Both the position numbers and the translations under genes were made by a program. A stretch of DNA of 32,000 bases, taken from NCBI RefSeq assembly GCF_000018105.1, contig NC_009925.1:5400001-5432000 (forward strand), read 5' to 3'. Every line of letters begins with the position of its first letter. Position 1 is the stretch's first letter. Source of the stretch: Acaryochloris marina MBIC11017. GTDB lineage: Bacteria > Cyanobacteriota > Cyanobacteriia > Thermosynechococcales > Thermosynechococcaceae. The notes beneath the pieces are model-generated. The model did not search any database. It saw only the letters and a program-made list of their open reading frames with translations, and was not told the DNA's origin. Of the stretch, positions 26,476-32,000 are shown piece by piece.

Positions 26476-27951
26476 CTACCATGGGGACTGTAAGGCTGGC
26501 GTTGTTAACTCGAAAGCCAAAAAATCTGCTAGCCAATTTTTGATTTGATAGGTGGCTTGGCAATCATCCTCGTTGTACTCAACAATCGTATCGAGGAAAT
26601 CGCGATCGCCCGTAGACAACCATTCACTATACCAATAGATGGACTGGGCTCCATTCGCTTCGCTATTGCGCCATTGAAACCCTAACCATCGTGCGATCAA
26701 TTTCAAGGTATAGCTTTCTACGGGCAGCACAACCGTGTGGGTCACATGAGCATGTAAATCAATAAATCGCTCCAGCAAAGGCTGAATTATTGTATCGGGG
26801 CTACCATACAAGGCTGCTAAGCGTTCAACGGTTTGAACTTCGTAGGCGCAAAAATGGTAAATCGGCGCTTGGGGATAGGCCAGCACTAAATCTAAGAACT
26901 GCTGCCATGCTTGCTCTTCCTGGTGAGGTTGATCGGCTAAGAGGGGATAAAAGGTCTCAGTTTGGTTTTCTCGATCTACGACCAATACCCCATGCAGATA
27001 GGCCAAATTGAGACTGGGTTCAGCTTCGATATCAAAATAGAGTTCGATGGGAGCAGGGGAAATTTGGGCAGCGATTGCGCTGACCTCACTGGCAGCAAAC
27101 ACTACAGGAGCCTGGTTGGCAAACGCCTGGGCCTGACAAATCAGTTTATTGGCAACCTCTCGACCAAATCCTGTTACCTCAGCTAATTGGATGGGATTCG
27201 CGAATGCTAAATCTTTTACGCTCGCTAAATTGTGAGCTTGGAGGATGGGATATCGACTGGGGGTAACCCCTGGCAATAAGGATAAATGTTGTTCTTGTTG
27301 AGCAATTTGGTAGCAGTGGGATAGCCACCCACACAAGCTGCATCGATTACTAACAATAAAAACTTCGGGTTCTTGTTGCGTCTGGATTGTCTCGATGAGT
27401 TCAAGGAGTAATTGATCAAGCTTGGGCTGGTTAATCGTCAAATTAACTGAATAAAGCCCTCGTTCCCGCAAGTACAGATAGGACTCCTCTGGCCAAACCC
27501 CTTGTATGTTCGCCAACAGGTGAGCATGAAAGGTTGCCAAGATTTGATATTCCAACTTGGGACGCTTACTCAAGCGAATATCTGTTGGGACATACCGCCA
27601 ATCTCCAAAGTCTGAGGTTCCCTCGATTTTAGTGAGGAGATCGGGAATACTTTGCAAGGCAACGCCATTGCCTTGTTCTATCCAGAGGACGCCCCGCCGA
27701 ATATAGGGAGTGCCAGCCTGCATCAGGGCTAAGGTTGCTTGGGCCCCGGCTTTCCAGTCATATCTGGGATAGTCCGGTTGAACCCAGGAGTGGCGAGCGA
27801 AAAAGGTCTGTTGATGCTCAAGGCGATCTTGCCGAAGTTTGTTGAGAAAATCACTGGGCGCAGATTTTTGAGTTTTGTCTTCATAGACATCCAGATACGC
27901 TTGTCGATGACAACGCTGGTAACTCAATAATAATTGGGCGGTCAGCAGCAT
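26476..27951 (-). CDS. TM0106-family RecB-like putative nuclease
   Basis: The N-terminus SYQRCHRQAYLD, a PD-(D/E)XK-like core and the Cys cluster CSLCGWLSHC are present. The C-terminal RNase-H-like block (YFDIEA ... YNEDDC) is typical of this cyanobacterial/Thermotoga family. Confidence 0.75.
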   Translation of the reverse strand: MLLTAQLLLSYQRCHRQAYLDVYEDKTQKSAPSDFLNKLRQDRLEHQQTFFARHSWVQPDYPRYDWKAGAQATLALMQAGTPYIRRGVLWIEQGNGVALQSIPDLLTKIEGTSDFGDWRYVPTDIRLSKRPKLEYQILATFHAHLLANIQGVWPEESYLYLRERGLYSVNLTINQPKLDQLLLELIETIQTQQEPEVFIVSNRCSLCGWLSHCYQIAQQEQHLSLLPGVTPSRYPILQAHNLASVKDLAFANPIQLAEVTGFGREVANKLICQAQAFANQAPVVFAASEVSAIAAQISPAPIELYFDIEAEPSLNLAYLHGVLVVDRENQTETFYPLLADQPHQEEQAWQQFLDLVLAYPQAPIYHFCAYEVQTVERLAALYGSPDTIIQPLLERFIDLHAHVTHTVVLPVESYTLKLIARWLGFQWRNSEANGAQSIYWYSEWLSTGDRDFLDTIVEYNEDDCQATYQIKNWLADFLAFELTTPALQSPW

Positions 27952-28059
27952 GCAGACACAATAATGGATTTCCCTGAAGGAATCTTAACAAATACTTCTG
28001 GTTGACCGGTAAATTCCCTTGACTGATATCGAGCAGCACAATAGGCTGAGAGCGATGTA

Positions 28060-29418
28060 ATGGATACCGATGTTGTCGTGGCTCAGGTTATCTTTGAGGA
28101 TGTCTACAAAAGTTTCCCGGCTCGTAAAGGTGATCGCACAGCCAATCCCACGTCCGTTGACCCCAGTTTAAGTTCAACAACCTCCACTCAGCCTAAATCT
28201 AAGGACGATACCAAAAGCGATACCGTTACCATATTGCGCCACATCAATTTTTCCGTTGAAGATGGGGAGTTTATGGTGCTGGTGGGTCCCTCAGGATGTG
28301 GGAAAAGCACGCTCTTACGCCTGATTGCAGGATTAGAGGACTTAACCGGGGGCAGTATCAGGATTGGCGATCGCAAAATCAATCACCTCCCCCCAAAAGC
28401 ACGAGACATCGCCATGGTGTTTCAAAGTTACGCCCTTTATCCCCACATGAGCGTCTATAACAATTTGGCCTTTGGTCTGCGTCGTACCCAATCTCAGCGA
28501 GACCCTAAACGGCATTCTATTTCTGCATCCCTGCGAAGAAAACTGGAATCTGGCTTAGTATCCGCGACCCGAATATTACCCAAGCCCTTCAGATATCGCT
28601 CCAAGCGAGAAAAATTAATTGAACAGACCGTCCATCAAGTTGCCGAAATCTTACAAATTGAGACTTTACTGGACCGCCTGCCCAAGCAACTTTCCGGGGG
28701 GCAAAAGCAACGAGTGGCCTTGGGACGAGCCATGGCTCGTGATCCCCAAGTTTTTTTGATGGATGAACCCCTATCTAACCTAGACGCCAAGCTACGGACT
28801 CAAACTCGGGCTCAGATCGTCAAACTCCAGCGACAACTCGGAACAACAACAGTCTATGTTACCCATGACCAAACGGAAGCCATGACCATGGGGGATCGAA
28901 TTGCCGTTATGAATGCTGGCCAAATTCAGCAAATTGCTAGCCCTTTAGAACTCTATAACCAGCCGATTAACCGATTTGTAGCCCAGTTCATTGGTTCTCC
29001 CCCCATGAACTTTATCTCCGTCCAGGTTCGATCGTCTCGAAGCTTACAACATCCACAATTCACCCTCACCCTACCAGAAGTGTGGGAAATGGTCCTCCAG
29101 AATTATCAAGGCCAAACCCTAACCTTAGGGATCCGCCCAGAACATCTGGATCTAGCATCTCCCAATTCCAGCAATATTCCCACCCAAGTCGAACTGGTTG
29201 AAGCTTTAGGCCATGAAACCTATCTGTCTTTACAGTTGACCCAGAACAGTCAAATGGCCCATGCACCTGCCCCATTAATTGCCCGCATCAATCCTTATCA
29301 GCAAGTCAGCCTTGGCGAGCAGCTATGGTTCTCGGTTCAACTAGACAAGATTCACTTGTTTGATCAACAGACTGAAGCGGCAATCCGCCCCAGTCATTTA
29401 CCAGCCCCAACCCATTAG
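28060..29418 (+). CDS. ABC transporter ATP-binding protein, MalK/UgpC-like, with two inserted segments
   Basis: Walker A is GPSGCGKST, with Q-loop MVFQSYALYPH, signature LSGGQKQR, Walker B FLMDEPLS and H-loop VTHDQ. A C-terminal MalK-type regulatory/TOBE-like domain is present. Confidence 0.9.
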   Translation: MDTDVVVAQVIFEDVYKSFPARKGDRTANPTSVDPSLSSTTSTQPKSKDDTKSDTVTILRHINFSVEDGEFMVLVGPSGCGKSTLLRLIAGLEDLTGGSIRIGDRKINHLPPKARDIAMVFQSYALYPHMSVYNNLAFGLRRTQSQRDPKRHSISASLRRKLESGLVSATRILPKPFRYRSKREKLIEQTVHQVAEILQIETLLDRLPKQLSGGQKQRVALGRAMARDPQVFLMDEPLSNLDAKLRTQTRAQIVKLQRQLGTTTVYVTHDQTEAMTMGDRIAVMNAGQIQQIASPLELYNQPINRFVAQFIGSPPMNFISVQVRSSRSLQHPQFTLTLPEVWEMVLQNYQGQTLTLGIRPEHLDLASPNSSNIPTQVELVEALGHETYLSLQLTQNSQMAHAPAPLIARINPYQQVSLGEQLWFSVQLDKIHLFDQQTEAAIRPSHLPAPTH

Positions 29419-29678
29419 CTTTTTATCGTTTTCCATCTGTACTTTCTTTTACTCTGTGTTGTCGAATACGGAACTTGAGGCGGGGCTCAATTAAGTTACC
29501 TCCCAGCATCTTCGGGTTATGCCTTACTTTTGGGCGATGAGAAGCAAGGCGTTTGCTCGATAGGGCAACTAACGCACTTGGGAACAATAGTAAGGAGAAG
29601 TTTAGTCGAGGGGGAAACAGCGCATGTCAATAACCATTAACCAAGCTAGAATGTGTACTCACTCAGAAGGGTAATCCT

Positions 29679-30020
29679 GTGTTTGTCCGGTTAGCCAATC
29701 AACACCGTGAATTTGTTCGAGACTTAGTCATGAACCTCCAGGCCCTAGCGATTGTGCTAGAGCGTCGAGGATACGTGGCGTCTTGCTATACCTGCGGTGG
29801 CCAAATGAACAGTGCCTCCTTCATGGTGAGTTTAGGAGAAAATCATCTGATTCGGTTTTTAGTGTCCGACTATGGAATCACCTGGACCGAAATGCGAGAT
29901 GACCGTGAACTCATGAAGTTGGAAGGGGCTGAAGCCATTAGCCAATTGCAAGAATTAGCCAACTTAATCAAGTATGAGCAACCCGCCCAGAGCCCATCAT
30001 CTGTGCTGGCCGAGTCATAA
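29679..30020 (+). CDS. hypothetical protein
   Basis: 113-aa ORF from a GTG preceded by GAAGGG. An alternative ATG lies at 29730. I can name no motif. Confidence 0.45.
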   Translation: MFVRLANQHREFVRDLVMNLQALAIVLERRGYVASCYTCGGQMNSASFMVSLGENHLIRFLVSDYGITWTEMRDDRELMKLEGAEAISQLQELANLIKYEQPAQSPSSVLAES

Positions 30021-30227
30021 TCCTTAATTTATTTACCTCATTTGTCAAATTTGTCCCCATCTTGGACTTGTTCAGTCGATGATTTAGTCCAAATTCGTTG
30101 GTGAAATGTTACGCTGTATACCTAGTTAGCAGGGGGTAAATTGTGTAGCCATCTTGATCCTTCAAGACTGGCTCAATGGCAAACTGTCATGTTTCAATTA
30201 CCACCCATTGAGGTTGCACTGTAACGT

Positions 30228-31121
30228 ATGACCACTGCGAGTTCCGGCTGGCAACACCAGTTTATTCAAACCAATAAGATTCGGCTCCACTATGTCACCC
30301 AAGGTGAAGGCGATTTAGTTATTCTTCTCCATGGATTTCCTGAGTTTTGGTACTCTTGGCGGTATCAGCTTCCAGTTCTAGCCCGTCATTTCAAGGTTGT
30401 GGTCCCTGATCTACGGGGGTACAACGATTCAGACAAACCGTCGAGCGGCTATGATATCGACACCCTCAGCGAGGATATTGTTGGTTTAATCCAGAACTTA
30501 GGCTATCGCTGTGCTCATATCGTTGGTCATGACACAGGCGGAATGATTGCCTGGAACTTGGCTCAAAAATTTCCCCAATATTTACAGAACTTAGTTCTCT
30601 TAAATGCGCCTCATCCCCAACGATTGTTTCGAGAGTTTTCTAGCAATCTTGATCAGCTTCGCCGCAGCTGGTATCTGTTGGCTTTCCAGATCCCGGGGCT
30701 ACCGGAATGGCTCATTCAATCCAATCTGCGCCAATTTCTCCAGGACTGGTTCCAGAAACAAGCCATTCGCAAAGCGGCCTTCTCTTCTGAAACTTTAGGG
30801 ATTTATCAGGCTGCCCTAGAAAAACGTGGAGTCCTGTCTGCCGCGATTAACTATTATCGGCAGTTGCTGTCTCCCCAAGACTGGTTGTCCAATTCGGATC
30901 GCAAACTGTTGCCCATCCAAGTCCCTACTTTGGTGTTGTGGGGAGAAGATGACACAGTTTTAAGCCCCAACTTAGCACTGGGTTTTGAGCGGTTTGTACA
31001 GGCTCCATTTCGCCTCAAGTTTGTTCCTGAATGCGGCCATTGGATTCAGCAGGAAGTTCCCAAAATTGTGAATCGAGAGCTACTAGATTTTCTGCGTCAG
31101 AGTAAGCCTGCTTTTAGCTAG
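30228..31121 (+). CDS. alpha/beta hydrolase, epoxide-hydrolase/haloalkane-dehalogenase-like
   Basis: HGFPEFWYSWRYQ is the oxyanion/HGXP region. The nucleophile elbow VGHDTGG carries an Asp nucleophile. The C-terminal GEDD ... ECGHW supplies the catalytic His. Confidence 0.9.
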   Translation: MTTASSGWQHQFIQTNKIRLHYVTQGEGDLVILLHGFPEFWYSWRYQLPVLARHFKVVVPDLRGYNDSDKPSSGYDIDTLSEDIVGLIQNLGYRCAHIVGHDTGGMIAWNLAQKFPQYLQNLVLLNAPHPQRLFREFSSNLDQLRRSWYLLAFQIPGLPEWLIQSNLRQFLQDWFQKQAIRKAAFSSETLGIYQAALEKRGVLSAAINYYRQLLSPQDWLSNSDRKLLPIQVPTLVLWGEDDTVLSPNLALGFERFVQAPFRLKFVPECGHWIQQEVPKIVNRELLDFLRQSKPAFS

Positions 31122-31172
31122 GTTAAAAATCTTTCAGCTAATTGCCTGGAACCAAGGAGCTATTTCAAAACA

Positions 31173-31448
31173 ATGGATCGGCAAGAAGCCTTACTTGCGT
31201 TGACCCAAGCAGGTCTTAAAGCAAATTACGAACGTTCGAACGGCGATTTTCTAGGTGGGGAAAGTATCCAGGGTAATGGAGAGATACCCATTTACACTAA
31301 TAGCTTTATGATCTGGAAAAACTCTGAATCTTGGGTTGCTGCGCTTCCTGGTTTAGGAAACACGGATATTGAAATTGAATGCTCTACCCTGAAAGAAGCG
31401 GTTGAAGCTACATGCAATTTTTATGCTAAAGAACAAACAGATAATTAA
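31173..31448 (+). CDS. hypothetical protein
   Basis: 91-aa ORF with GGAG 12 nt upstream of the ATG. No recognisable motif. Confidence 0.4.
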   Translation: MDRQEALLALTQAGLKANYERSNGDFLGGESIQGNGEIPIYTNSFMIWKNSESWVAALPGLGNTDIEIECSTLKEAVEATCNFYAKEQTDN

Positions 31449-31565
31449 CTTAATCACTATTACATCGTCAAAACTCCACCCATAAGCGTTATCCAGGGCT
31501 GTTTACTCTATTTTCTTCCTAGCTAACTAGAGTTGCTGTCATTGTTGAGCTCTCTCTTATCTAAA

Positions 31566-32000
31566 CTATTGCCCTATCATTCCTTTTAGGGCACTTACGA
31601 TCACCTGTCCTGGCACCTGATCCGTGATGTCAATCTTACCGAGCTGAGTGGGCAAGATAAACCGGACTTTGCCGTCTTTGACTTTTTTATCCGTCAGCAG
31701 CACATCTGCCACAGCTTCAATGGCAAAGTCAGCCGGGAGTTCAGTGGGTAATCCGGTTTTCTGAATCAGTTGGTGCTGACGTTGCGCGTCTTCAACAGAC
31801 CACCAATCTAGTTGGACGGCGATATCGGCAGCAGCTACCATGCCTAAAGCAACGGCCTCGCCATGATTAAACAAACGGTACCCCGTTAGACTTTCAATCG
31901 CATGGCCAATGGTATGACCGTAGTTAAGGATAGCCCTAAGCCCAGCTTCTTTTTCGTCCTGAGTGACGACATCTGCTTTGGCTTGAGCGGAGCGGGTGAG
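31566..32000 (-). CDS. aroB: 3-dehydroquinate synthase, C-terminal part (gene continues beyond window end)
   Basis: The frame is open to the window edge. [12 protein letters not shown] and [11 protein letters not shown] are AroB metal/substrate-binding motifs. The ORF-track 'M' at 31874 is an internal TTG Leu codon. Confidence 0.9.
   Translation of the reverse strand, partial: LTRSAQAKADVVTQDEKEAGLRAILNYGHTIGHAIESLTGYRLFNHGEAVALGMVAAADIAVQLDWWSVEDAQRQHQLIQKTGLPTELPADFAIEAVADVLLTDKKVKDGKVRFILPTQLGKIDITDQVPGQVIVSALKGMIGQ

Noticed and set aside
9306-30798. The remaining shadow ORFs: 9306-9536, 10627-10860, 12847-13050, 13898-14092, 14704-14955, 16289-16513, 17047-17229, 19852-20178, 20059-20340, 20736-20963, 20793-20975, 21675-21896, 25341-25523, 25818-26027, 26790-27011, 26962-27186, 27225-27419, 27739-27930, 28188-28382, 29066-29275 and 30604-30798.
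   Set aside because: All overlap stronger, motif-supported genes in another frame or strand. They are typical spurious frames.
1-32000. CRISPR arrays, IS elements, rRNA genes or long tandem repeats.
   Set aside because: I saw no regularly spaced direct repeats, transposase-like ORFs, terminal inverted repeats or rRNA-like sequence. The only repeats are HIP1 octamers and short local palindromes.

Overview
This is a chromosomal segment that looks cyanobacterial. Evidence: 12 copies of the HIP1 palindrome GCGATCGC, a pipX-pipY-sepF-proC cluster, a DUF29 gene, a GH100 neutral invertase, and rplI-dnaB followed by tRNA-Tyr/tRNA-Thr. Most of the window is ordinary housekeeping or accessory coding sequence: Mo-oxidoreductase, protease, GST, HAD hydrolase, DoxX, DnaB, L9, MsrA, invertase, an FHA-Ser/Thr kinase plus PP2C phosphatase operon, pseudouridine synthase, EcfT, PabB-like enzyme, PipX/PipY, SepF, ProC, a RecB-like nuclease, a MalK-like ABC ATPase, an alpha/beta hydrolase and the 3' part of aroB. 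I saw no transposase, integrase, CRISPR array or rRNA. The stand-out region is a visibly AT-rich, gene-poor islet (about 10.08-12.95 kb) directly downstream of the two tRNA genes. It holds a 245-aa ORF with no domain I can recognise. Downstream of that ORF, on the same strand, lie two tandem RNAs that keep the tRNA core invariants but are circularly permuted: T-arm, then a capped acceptor hairpin, then D-arm, all closed by a long bulged helix. A strong intrinsic terminator follows, and a stand-alone FHA-domain gene converges on the unit. The RNA architecture matches YrlA-type bacterial Y RNAs, but no rsr (Ro60/TROVE) or rtcB gene is in the window. I propose this ORF-plus-RNA module as the candidate undescribed system. 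All functional calls rest on motif recognition by eye; no searches were run.
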